A DNA stretch of 63,971 bases, counting the filler, from Kipferlia bialata (Eukaryota), in the NCBI GenBank assembly GCA_003568945.1. It is 6 parts of 6 records of this genome, joined end to end, with 100 filler letters (N's around TTAATTAATTAA, not from the genome) between each part and the next. Parts side by side here need not be neighbours in the genome. Positions count along the whole stretch, not along the records: positions 1 to 13,591 come from BDIP01000928.1; positions 13,692 to 27,264 come from BDIP01000929.1; positions 27,365 to 40,936 come from BDIP01000930.1; 3 more parts are not named here. One strand, 5' to 3'. A model generated the notes under the pieces. It did not search any database. It was given only the letters and a program-made list of their open reading frames with translations, and was not told the DNA's origin. How positions within the stretch are numbered: the stretch's first letter is position 1; every line of letters begins with the position of its first letter. Below are positions 12,888 to 29,223 of this stretch, piece by piece. A program made the translations under genes and the position numbers.

Positions 12888-13580
12888 CTATCTAGATTCA
12901 TTCCTACCTGGGACTGAGAGTGTTATCCTGTATGGAGAGATGGACACACCATGCACGATGGGGTATCTCTCCTCAGGGCCGTCAGCCTGGTTGTACAGCA
13001 TGGCCCTCCTAACCCTAGTCACCACTGGGTGTGCTACAATGGCGGCCATGAGAACATCAGCAAGGGGAGTGGGGACTGAGGGGTGGTGGACTATGTGAAG
13101 TCCTCTGCCGGCTAGGTATTCACTGAAGGACACACTACGAAGGAGAGGGAGCAGGATACCCATTGTCTGCCCTGGGGGGCGCGTATCCAGTCTGAGTAGA
13201 GACAGGTCCAGGGTGATAGGGAAGGCCTCAGTTACCCTAGAGACCAGACACCGACAGATCGCCCTCCAGAAGGGCATATAGAGGGGTGTGTGAGCAGCTG
13301 CAGTGATCACAACAGAGAGATACTCCTCTTGGGTGGAGGTGGATGCACTGAAGAGAGGTCTGTCGGGATATAGCTCTGCCGACACTTGGCAGAGGGTAGA
13401 GAGTGCAGTGACGCTAGGTATGGGTATGGGGGTCTCTGCATTGTGAGATAGTCCACCAAGAGCTGCTGCATGTCTGGAATAGGGACTGGTCAGCAGGATG
13501 GGATCATCACACCCACCCTCCTGCATACCCCTGCAAAACGCTGCCACTATCCCCTCCTGACTCTCATCTTCCTCTCCCAT
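12888..13580 (-). CDS. Hypothetical protein (230 aa, intronless)
   Basis: ATG-to-TAG ORF with coding-like composition; no recognised motif. Confidence 0.5.
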   Translation of the reverse strand: MGEEDESQEGIVAAFCRGMQEGGCDDPILLTSPYSRHAAALGGLSHNAETPIPIPSVTALSTLCQVSAELYPDRPLFSASTSTQEEYLSVVITAAAHTPLYMPFWRAICRCLVSRVTEAFPITLDLSLLRLDTRPPGQTMGILLPLLRSVSFSEYLAGRGLHIVHHPSVPTPLADVLMAAIVAHPVVTRVRRAMLYNQADGPEERYPIVHGVSISPYRITLSVPGRNESR

Positions 13581-13591
13581 AATAGACTCGA

Positions 13592-13691
13592 NNNNNNNNN
13601 NNNNNNNNNNNNNNNNNNNNNNNNNNNNNNNNNNNTTAATTAATTAANNNNNNNNNNNNNNNNNNNNNNNNNNNNNNNNNNNNNNNNNNNN
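13592..13691. other. Artificial scaffold linker (N run with TTAATTAATTAA)
   Basis: 100-nt N block with an all-frame stop motif; unrelated genes on each side. Confidence 0.95.
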
Positions 13692-13741
13692 TTTTAACAG
13701 TTTTGTCCCCCCCCCCCCCCCCCCCCCCCTCTTACCCCTAG

Positions 13742-13853
13742 GTCCAAGGAGTTCCCCGGCTTTGTGTTCTACTACTTTGCCAACTCCCGCATCTGGGGCA
13801 GTGCATACTACGGATATGGAATGCAGGACACATCCCTCATATTCTCTATCTAG
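13742..13853 (+). CDS. RSPH9: Radial spoke head protein 9-like, terminal exon only
   Basis: After acceptor cttacccctag: (R)SKEFPGFVFYYFANSRIWGSAYYGYGMQDTSLIFSI*, which resembles the RSPH9 C-terminus RSLLWPGLTFYH.P....GYVYVGTGEKN.DLPFML*. Confidence 0.7.
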
Positions 13854-14410
13854 ATGGAAGAGAGATTGGAAGGCGTCCTATAAATGTATCAAATTGTAAT
13901 GGACACATCCCTCGTATTCTTTCTTTTGAAGGATTTAGATATAGAACATAGAGTGGGTATTTAGATAGAAGGGAGTGGATAGGAAGGAGTCCTATAAATG
14001 TATCAAATTGGTATATTGAGAATGGTGTCAGGGCTACACACTGTGTGTCACACACATATTTTAGTTAGGACTCAGTCGTATAAATATGTATGTCAATTAC
14101 TGTACCTCCACGATCCGGATTGAGGCCTCCAGTATATACTAGTACAACAATATCGACATTAGCAATTCAACAACTGCCACTAATGAGTGGTGAGTCGGTT
14201 TCTATTGACTGCCGGGCTGCATTCCCCTAGACCCAGTGGCCCAGGGGGACACACGACCATGCCCAGCAACTGTAACACAAAACATACATCCACACCTCAC
14301 AGGAAGTGTGGCAATGGGTGATAAGGGTCACTCTACATCACTCGAGGGAGTCCAGAGAGTGGACCCATCCCATTGGGTAAGGAAGCAAGGGAGGATCATC
14401 TACAGTTCCT

Positions 14411-15127
14411 CTACAGGTCACCGAATCCGTCAAAGTCGAACTCCTCCTCCTCCTCGCCGTATCCCTCAGCAGCAGCACCGTACACCCTGCTGATGATGGG
14501 GTACACAACGTCCTCCATCTCCTTGCGGGCCTCCTCGAACTGAGGGTGAGTACAAATATCCTAAAAACTCCACATCATTAAGTTAATCCCATGTATTTTT
14601 AGCAGATACATACCTCCTCGGTGGTTCCGTCCTCAAAGTGCTCCTCGACGTACTCGATGGCACCCTCGATGGCGGCCTCGATGGTCTCCCTCTCCTGCTC
14701 AGTGAGCTGCTCAGTGAGCTTGTCCTCATCGTAGAGCATCTGCCTGGGAGGGTGAGAAAGAGTAAAGAATATAGAACACATAACTAAAGATTAAGGAACA
14801 AAAATATAGGAAGGGTGTAGGTACCTGGTCTGGTAGGCGTAGGACTCGAGGGCGTTACGGGCCTCGATCCTGAGCCTGAGCAGGGCGTCCTTCTCCTCAA
14901 AGAGAGAGGCCTCCTCGATGAGACGCTTGACCTGAAGGGTCAGAGAACAGAAGCCAGAGTCAAACACATACAAGGGTGTAGTGCGTTGTGGGTTTTCTTA
15001 CCTCGTCCTCAGAGATCCTGCCGCGCTCGTTCTTGATGACGATCTGGTTCTCGTTACCGGTGCCCTTGTCGGCGGCAGAGACGGTGAGGATACCGTTGGC
15101 ATCAATGTCGAAGGTGACCTCGACCTG

Positions 15128-15164
<37 letters not shown>

Positions 15165-15279
15165 AGAGATAGATACACTGTACCTGGGGCACTCCACGGG
15201 GGGCCGGGGGGATCTCGGTGAGGTCGAAGCGGCCGAGGTTGTTGTTGTCCACGGTCATGGCACGCTCTCCCTCGTAAAC
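14411..15279 (-). CDS. BiP: HSP70, ER-type (BiP-like), 3' five exons; 5' part lost in the gap
   Basis: Exons 15184-15279, 15002-15124, 14825-14931, 14614-14743, 14411-14539: [55 protein letters not shown]...[10 protein letters not shown]...[11 protein letters not shown]...FDFDGFGDL*. There is no EEVD; the DKGTG and PIIS.VYG features are BiP-like. Confidence 0.85.
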
Positions 15280-15994
15280 CTAGAGATCAGAGAGGGTGGG
15301 GGGGGGGGGGGGGAAAGAGGGGGAAAAAAAAACAANNNNNNNNNNNNNNNNNNNNNNNNNNNNNNNNNNNNNNNNNNNNNNNNNNNNNNNNNNNNNNNNN
15401 NNNNNNNNNNNNNNNNNNNNNNNNNNNNNNNNNNNNNNNNNNNNNNNNNNNNNNNNNNNNNNNNNNNNNNNNNNNNNNNNNNNNNNNNNNNNNNNNNNNN
15501 NNNNNNNNNNNNNNNNNNNNNNNNNNNNNNNNNNNNNNNNNNNNNNNNNNNNNNNNNNNNNNNNNNNNNNNNNNNNNNNNNNNNNNNNNNNNNNNNNNNN
15601 NNNNNNNNNNNNNNNNNNNNNNNNNNNNNNNNNNNNNNNNNNNNNNNNNNNNNNNNNNNNNNNNNNNNNNNNNNNNNNNNNNNNNNNNNNNNNNNNNNNN
15701 NNNNNNNNNNNNNNNNNNNNNNNNNNNNNNNNNNNNNNNNNNNNNNNNNNNNNNNNNNNNNNNNNNNNNNNNNNNNNNNNNNNNNNNNNNNNNNNNNNNN
15801 NNNNNNNNNNNNNNNNNNNNNNNNNNNNNNNNNNNNNNNNNNNNNNNNNNNNNNNNNNNNNNNNNNNNNNNNNNNNNNNNNNNNNNNNNNNNNNNNNNNN
15901 NNNNNNNNNNNNNNNNNNNNNNNNNNNNNNNNNNNNNNNNNNNNNNNNNNNATAATTAAGGGGAGCTCCCCCCCCCCCCCCCCCTCACCCCCAG

Positions 15995-18900
15995 GGCCAG
16001 TGTCTCCGATGGTCTGCATGAGGCCACTGGGGTCAGGCTGAGTCCTGCCGTGTGGTGTGCCTTGGTCAAGGTCCTCATGGCCAGCACCACCCCCCTCTCA
16101 GTCTCTCTGGCCACAATCAAGACAATCGCAGGTGGGTAGGCGCTCTTGTGTCATTCACTCTCTTACCTATATACAATCTTTGATATATATAGCATTCACA
16201 AATGTTGTACCATATGTGGTCTAGTTTCTAACCCCCCAGAGATCCCGACTGCCCATGTCCTACCCTACTGGTTTACATATAGTGGCTATATATATAGCCT
16301 GAGCGTCTCTTGTATAACTGACCCCCAGAGATCCCCACCGCCCATGTCCTAGCCATGCCCCACCCCAGAGTGTTCATCAGGGTACCCTCTGCATCAGACA
16401 CCAGGGAGTCCAGGAAGGACAAGGAGCAGAAGGTATTGTGTATATTATATATACTGATTACTATTCGTATGATTATATATATATATATATTGATATATTG
16501 ATATATAGATATATAGGTATGTATAATATACACCAGGGAATCCAGGAAGGACAAGGAGCAGAATGTGTGTGTATCATTATACTCACTTTTACATATGTGT
16601 ATGTCTCTCACCCCCAGCTCCTCAACACCATCTCCCGTGCCAACATTCTGAAGCGGGGCCTGAACTCTGAGTTCCTGGCACTGATCAAGACGATGGTGGG
16701 CAGGGTCACAGCCAATGTCTCACTCAACAAGAGAAGCGGGTCCAGCAGTGAGGACAGGTGCGGATAATTGAGCATATATACGCTACACCTCGTATACATA
16801 CATCTCTGATCTCGAAGGTCCAGTATCAATATATATACAGTTCATGTGTAACTACAATGAATCTAACCGCCAGGGTGCACCGTGTGCTTGTCAAGTACGG
16901 TGTTGACCGTCTCCTGTCTGACCTCCTGGCCCATGCGTCAGGTATCAGTATCAGTATATACTATACTCTACACACTATACATACTATACACTGATACTCA
17001 GGTGCCGATGAGGCAGTCAACATCACACACGCACTGTCACAGACACTGGTGGTGTCACCCGGCAGGTATATGCTACCAAATAGTCATAACTATATCGCTG
17101 TGTATATGAGTATACGTTCTGATACTAACCCCCCAGGGACAGAGAGGCCCCACGTGTTGTTCTCTATATTGCCATTATTATTATATGCCACGTCCTTACT
17201 CTTCAGGGACAGAGAGGCCTCAGATGTTGTTCTCATTATATACATATATATATACATATACATCATAATTATATGCCACTAACTAACCCCCCAGGGACAG
17301 AGAGGCCTCTGGTGGCCAGATAGATGCCTCCTGTGCATGGAGGAGACTGGTCTGTGTGGCCATGGCCAAGGCTACAATGCCCACAGACGACGAGGTTGGT
17401 TATATATCGGTTGTACATATACATTGTGTAATATGCAAACACACACACACATATATATATATATGGCCATGGCCACAATGCCCACAGACGAGGTGAGTAC
17501 ATAGAGCAGTTAGTATACACAGCTGGTGTGGATGATATATACCTACTCCCAGACTGTGATATATATATATATATATATATATATAGCTTACCTCTCACCC
17601 CCAGACTGAGACCCTGACCAAGGAGGAGAGAGAGATAGTGTATATGTTATATATATAGATATACTCTGTATAGTTTGTTATCTGTACAGCTATATACATC
17701 TAACACCCAGACCGAGACCCTCACCCAGGAGGAGAGAGACAGGAAGGGAGAGGAGGTGTCCCACCTGGTACAGGCAGGCATCTTCGTCAGGTGAAATGAG
17801 CACCTATGTATATAGTATAATAGTATTCTACTTCGGGTATATTTATGATACTCACCCAGGTTCCTTGGTCTCCTCAATGACTCCATCGCTCTCAAGGCAT
17901 CCACCCCCACAGCATGCGCCATTGTGTCTGCAATCACCGCCCTGTTCGCAAGGTATGACTGAGGACATATTAACACTCGGTATTACTCCCTCTCTCTACT
18001 GAAACTGATACTGATACTGATCACTGCCCTGTTCGCAAGGTAGGAGTGACCTGTTATTGACTGTGTCTATGTGTTGTCATACACTGGATATCTTGTCGTC
18101 CCTCACCAACAGGGCTTCTGTCTCTGGCCGCATGGACTCCACTCTGGTCGAGTTCACAGCCGGCGTCACATCAGTCCTGGGTCAGTGGCTATTTCTCTCT
18201 CTCTCTCTCTCTCCCCCACTCTCTCTCTCTCTCTAACATTAGGTCTCTCCTCCACCAACCCCTCCGATGCCTTCTCCCACGTGGCCAGACTCCTATTGAA
18301 CCAGGCCACACTCCCCAGTGGCAGGATGAAGAGGGTCAGACCAACAAGGTATATACTGTGTATATAGATAGTATATAGTATATATACGATTATGGATATC
18401 CTATAGGCCACACTCCCCAGTGGCAGGATGAAGAGGGTCAGACCCACTAGGTATATACAGTGTATATAGTTTATAGTATTTGTGTATGTGATCAGTCAGT
18501 GCTCACCCCCAGCATCCGCAAGCACCTCCTGGCCCGTCCCTCCGTGCCCCTCTCTCTCATGAAGGTATATAGTATTTACATACCTAGCGTAGACTATATA
18601 TCAGATACTGAACTAGATACTGATATGCAGGGCTTCCTGGAGTGTGTGCTGGGCAGGCAGATCATCCTGTCCAAGCCCCTCCTCAAGGACCATGACACAG
18701 AGGAGGAGGATGGACACCTCTCACTGACAGAGAGGACCAGACAGAGGGCCAACAGAGAGAGAGAGGTCGAGGTCCGGTTCTACCCGGACCCCCACTTTGC
18801 ATGCCCCCAGGGCCTCTCTGCCATCCTCTCCCTCCTGCCCCACATGGCCATAGCAGACGAGCTGGCCATTGAGAATGGATCAGTAAAGACCTCAGAGTTC

Positions 18901-21500
18901 CTGGTGGTGAGTGGGGAGATACTTACCCTGGGGGAGGCCAATGTATACCAGCCAGAGTTCAGGTATGTGTGAATATGAGTACATGAATACAGTGCCAGAG
19001 TTCAAGTGGGGATATGTGTGTAAATATGCACATATATATGTACATCTCTCACCCTCAGGATTGTCGGACCCACCACCGAGAAGGTGGCAGGCGCAGCTCC
19101 TGGGCAGGTACTCGCTATAGTGATATATTAATATGTAAATGCAATGTATTCTCTAACACTATAGATGTTCTGTCAAATATGTGTAGTATCCCTTACTTCC
19201 AGGCCCCTGTGAGACAGGCCACCCACGTGGTGTTCCCACAGCGCAGCCAGATCAACCAGAGGTATATATGGCAACATACTATCCTATCATATCCTATCAT
19301 ATACATACGTATATCTGCCAGATCAACCAGAGGTATGGGGGATACTACACATTCCATCACAAGCACATGATACGCAATAATTGTTAATATATATATATTT
19401 GTGTGTGTGTGTATGTATACTCTACTCTCCCTCACCCCCAGGGCCAAGGGCGCCAAGCGTCCTCTCCCCATCGACCTCCTCTGTCAGCTGCCCAACGTCA
19501 TGCACGTGCTGGCTGAGGTACCGGGATATAGTGTGATATACTATACACTATGTACTGTATCATGTGCTGACTGTGTAGGTTGGCGACTGCATCCTGGTCA
19601 ACAGAGTGGCCCTGGACCCACTGGCGGCTGAGTCAAGTGCATCGGCATCAGGTAATTGTATGTATGTATATGGTAGTTAATGTATATTTACACATATATA
19701 TCCACTACTATGGTGCCCTTGGCAGCTGAGTCAAGTGCATCCGCATCAGGTACACACACATGCATATTAGTGTTTGTACCTGTGAGAGAGTGTGATTACA
19801 TCCTGAGTCATATATATTCCCCCTTGACCCCCAGACACTGGCACAGCCACCGTTGCCCCTCCCTCCCAGCTGCTTCAGAGTGGCCTGGCAGCCAGACTAG
19901 CCATCTCAATGGCAGCAAGGGTCTACATCCACTCACTCTTGACATCGAACGTCTCAGTGCCAAAGAACTTCGCACCCAAGGTACATACCCGTCACTATAT
20001 CTTTACTTCTATATATATATATATGTATATATTTATGTATGTTCTCATTCATGCTTGTTTCCATCTTTCACCTCACCCTCCAGGTACTGCGCAAGGCCAA
20101 GCGCTTCCCCGGCGAGCCCGACATCTGCTTCGCCTTCCGGTCCACCCTGGGAGACAGGTTCCCTGGGTTCCAGGCGCGGGTCTTTGCCTCGATTCTCTCC
20201 TTCACCAAGAGCGTCCACTTCTGTAACAGTGCAGGCTCCAACGCCTCCATTGCAGCCAGTGTACGGTCCAGTGCGGGCTCACCCGATGCATCAACCTCTC
20301 TCTTCCCAGTGTCGCTGCTGGTACACAACAACGGGTACCTCCTTGGATCTGCCCCTGCCCTCGCCCCCCTCCTGCCCCCCCTAGTTCTACTCAGACTGGC
20401 CGCTGATGCTCTGACCACCGTCTCCCAGTCTCTCTCTCTCTCGCAGTCCCTGGCAGCCAGGCAGAAGAAGAGAGACAGGGCCAAGGTGGTGAAGGACACG
20501 CCCACCCCCAGGGCCATTGTGGAGCTGAGGACAGCCACCATATGCAGACAGCTGGTGCTGCAGGAACCCAGCCTCGAGACCCTCGGTGCACAGGCTGACC
20601 TACTTGCTGGACTGGTCTATAACATACTCGTGGAGGCACACGAGCAGGCCGACTTTGCGAAGCAGCTGGGCATCCAGCTGATGCTGCGGTGCGTGGCCTC
20701 AGAGTGCCTGTCTGCTGGGGTGTCTGACTCACCCCTGGCACAGGCCACGAGGGACAGGGCCGCACTGCTCTTCTCATGCCTCAGGTACGTAATATATACT
20801 TAGTTGCATTGTGAATATGTATATATATAGTATGTATACACTGACCCTCACCCTTAGGATGAGGCTGTGCAGTGGCCCCGACAGGCTATCCCAGCTTGAG
20901 GCCCTGGTACCCCCCGAGGTAGTGGCGCGTCTCTCCCCCAACGCCCTGCCCTCCCCTTCCTCCTCTGTGACAGGGCACGAGGATAAGGACTTTGGGGTGC
21001 GGCTGGTCTCGTACCTCTGTGCAGAGCCAGAGATGTGCAAGGAGATACTCACCAACTGTGAGCTGTATGTGGCACCGGTCAGGGTCAGATACCAGAAGAG
21101 AGTGGCCCCAATCTACAAGGTACAGACATAGTTTGAATACGCATGTACTCTTGCTCTTCTCTCCGTTATCTATACTACTATGTGCTCACATTACCCATGT
21201 TCTCTCACCCCCTAGGTTGTTGCTGCCAATGTGGAGAGGAGTGGCCTACCCGAGTCCACTCTGTTTGGACCCCAGCCCAGCGAGACACAGCTCCTAGCCT
21301 CAGAGGACAACAAGGTACAGATACTGTTGATTCTCTATATCTATGTATATATATCGTGTATGTATATATATACTGTTGAGTGATAAATACAATATCCCTG
21401 CACCCCTGACCCCCTGACCCCCCAGGCCCTTGAGATCCAGCCCCTGACCAGGGAGGAGAGGAACAAGCTGGCCCACGCTGCATTCGACATGCTGAGCTAA
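15995..21500 (+). CDS. Large multi-exon hypothetical protein (helical/ARM-like composition), 5' partial
   Basis: About 20 GT-AG exons join in frame, ending ...ERNKLAHAAFDMLS* (TAA 21498-21500). No family recognised. Confidence 0.7.
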
Positions 21501-22180
21501 AGGGTTTATCTATAGATACCCGAGTGAGACCTCGGATACATACACTCTCTACGTTATGAGAGCATTGGTCTTATGACTAATGAAGGATTAGAAGGGACGG
21601 GCATCGACACAAGGGGCATATACCCGACCTGTTCCGATATCAATTGTGTCAAGAATCAAGAATTTCAGGGAATAGATGAATTATCGTATGCTGGTCAGTG
21701 TTTGTGGTGGAGGATCGGTATACATTGTTTCTAGATTCCAACATATTGGTGATAATATTAATATCAATACTATTGTATCCAGGTTTTCTCTTGTATATTT
21801 CCCCAAGAAGTCTCTTCATTCATTGGTTTTAGGCGAGAGGGAAGTATTCTTGCTTGGGACTGAAGAGTCTTAAGTTCGACTCTTGTTTCGACGATGATTG
21901 TTGTATGCAAGCTCCGATATCCATTAACATATGGACCGATGTGGACATTAAAACATTTCTGAGGAACAGTAGTACTTTATCACATACTCCCCCAATACGT
22001 TGTGTATATACTATATTTATGGCCTCTTGTTATTTCAAAATGTACACTCACCCAGATTCACCCTTGATATCAGCGTGTCTCAGTGTAGGCTCTCTCTCTC
22101 CCTCTCTCTCCCTCTCTCTCCCCCGAATGTCTATCTCCATACATATACAGACATATATATGTATGTATATCTCTGTCTGT

Positions 22181-26747
<4,567 letters not shown>

Positions 26748-26956
26748 CTGGGGGTGAGGAGGTGGATACATGTATATATAATATAGGGACAGAGAAATAG
26801 GAGGGTATTGACACCGTGGCCTCGCCACTGGGGGTGAGGAGATAGAGAGAGAGAGAGACAGAGAGAGACAGAGAGAGAGAGAGGAGGGAAGGGGGGAACA
26901 TGGACACCGTGGTGGGAGGCCTCACCGCTTTGTGAGAAAGGAGTATATTGATAGAT

Positions 26957-26999
<43 letters not shown>

Positions 27000-27264
27000 G
27001 ACAGAGAAATAGAAGGGTATTGACACCGTGGTGGGAGGCCTCGCCACTGCGGGTGAGGATGAGGTGGATACATGAATATTCAGGTATATATATGGGTGAG
27101 TGTAAATATTACAGGTGAAGAGGGTTAATGACACCGTAGTGGGAGGCCTCGTCACTGGGTGAGAAAGGAGAGAGAGAGAGTGAGACAGAGAGAGAGAGAG
27201 AAGGAGACATGGGCCACTGGGGATGAGAGGGGGGGGGGGGGGGGGGGGGGGGGAGGGGCAGGCA

Positions 27265-27363
27265 NNNNNNNNNNNNNNNNNNNNNNNNNNNNNNNNNNNN
27301 NNNNNNNNTTAATTAATTAANNNNNNNNNNNNNNNNNNNNNNNNNNNNNNNNNNNNNNNNNNN
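27265..27363. other. Artificial scaffold linker
   Basis: N run containing TTAATTAATTAA. Confidence 0.95.
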
Positions 27364-27747
27364 NGTGTGTAAAAAAAAAGAGGGGGGGGGGGGGGGGGGG
27401 GGGATTCAGGACATTCATGAACGGGATGGAGTTCGAATGAGTATATATACCGTGTGAGAGAGTGATAGCTATTGGTGTGACTCTCATTTACCCTGTCAAA
27501 TACAGTATGCATTTATAGTGAGAGAAACTAAAGGGCTTTGCGTGACAACCAGCCTGTGTGGTATTAGTAGATATGTACCATATGTATATATATACAGTTA
27601 TATATGAATATAATACAAATAACCTCTGACTCCCAGGAAGTTCATGCGTGACAACCAGTCTGTCTGTATCAATAACGTATTATTTGTAAATATATATATA
27701 CATATTAATGTATCTATTCACATATACTTATCACCTCTTACCCTTAG

Positions 27748-28046
27748 GAAGTTCATGCGTGACAACCAGCCTGTCAAGCTGGATATCGGACCCATATACG
27801 ACAGGGACCTCACAACTGGACGCTCTAGGTACGATATCTCTCTCTCTCCCCCCCCCCCTCTCTCTCTTTCTACATACACTCCTCTCTGACTATCTGGCGT
27901 TCTTGGTTCTGTTTCTCTCTCTTTCCCTCTCTCTCTACACCCTTTATCCCAGAACCAAGAAGGCCCTGAAGAGGGAGTTTGTCTTTGATATCGATGCCGG
28001 TGACTATGACACAGTCAGGACATGCTGCAAGGTCAGGGGATATATA

Positions 28047-28088
<42 letters not shown>

Positions 28089-28599
28089 TAGTTATATATA
28101 TAGATATATAGTAATTGATACAAATATTGTTATACCGGTGACTACGATACAGTCAGGACATGCTGCAAGGTGAGGCTTATATATAATTAATTATATATAT
28201 ATATTTATGTATGTATGTATGTATGTATGTATGTGTAGTAAGACTCTTGACTACGACACAGTCAGGACATGCTGCAAGGTTAGAGATATTTGAATATTTG
28301 TATATGTATATATATATATATATGTATGTATGATTGAATGTGTACTAAGACTCTTGACTACGACACGGTCAGGACATGCTGCAAGGTGAGGGACATACAT
28401 ATGTATATGCCAATGATACCTCTCTCCCCCTCTACACCCTTATTTTCACAGGGTGCTTCTGTTTGTGCCAAGTCACGTAATTCTCTCTCTCTCTCTCTCT
28501 CTCTCCCTCTACACCCTTATTAACCCAGGGTGCTGCTGTTTGTGCCAAGTGCTGGGCACTCATGGAGGCATGCATACCAATCTTCGACACAGTGCTGAG
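27748..28599 (+). CDS. PRIM1: DNA primase small subunit, internal fragment (3 exons)
   Basis: KFMRDNQPVKLDIGPIY...|TKKALKREFVFDIDAGDYDTVRTCCK|GAAVCAKCWALM... contains the KELVFDID catalytic motif and the Cys zinc-binding motif. Confidence 0.9.
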
Positions 28600-29223
28600 G
28601 TAATGGTAATAGTAATAGTAATATAACAACAAGTACATATTCACACCGTGTAAAATTTCAGTATATACCAATCTTCGACACAGTGCTGAGGTATATATGT
28701 GTATATGCTTCTCAATTGGCCTAGTGTACTCGAGTTCTAGTCATTATGGTACATATGCCCTGTCAGGGATTATTCTATTCACTGCTATTCTCTCCCTCTC
28801 TCTCTCCCCCTCTTTTTCTCCCTCTCTCTCCCCCTCCTTATTTGCTTTTCCCCCCCCCCCCCCCCCCCCCCCCTCACTGATACTACTACTACCATAGTCT
28901 CTGCCCCTAGCCGATATACACTCCCATTCCCATGTATAGCATGTCGCTGATACTTCTTATACAGTCTTCTCCTACTTTGCTATTGTAGGGCGTGTCGACA
29001 GGTCAGTGAGTGTCCAGAAAGTATCCCATCCCCTAGCCGATAGTAGCACAGCTCCTGGATGATGACGACGCCACACAGGTTATCTTGCGTAGTAAATATT
29101 GCACTTCAATAACGCTGACACTATCATCAAATCAGTCGCAAACATCACATACCAGTGTATGTGTATCACAATAAAGAAATCATTGTAGTTCAGAAAGATC
29201 TGGTCATCAGATATCATGTCTAT

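Noticed and set aside
13592..13691. TTAATTAATTAA motif recurring inside N runs (also near 27309, 40981, 54637 and 61132)
   Set aside because: Artificial all-frame stop linker; gene neighbourhoods across it are not biological.
21832..21895. tRNA-like fragment (GTTCGACTC T-loop, possible TGG anticodon) and a nearby GATGA...CTGA box-like pair to ~21961
   Set aside because: D-arm and anticodon stems do not pair convincingly and the C box is non-canonical; it needs tRNAscan-SE or snoscan.
28002..28385. Short direct repeats with unique spacers resembling a CRISPR array (also 47924-48243)
   Set aside because: The repeats are exon-edge sequence of a eukaryotic gene, the spacers are AT microsatellite of variable length and there are no cas genes.
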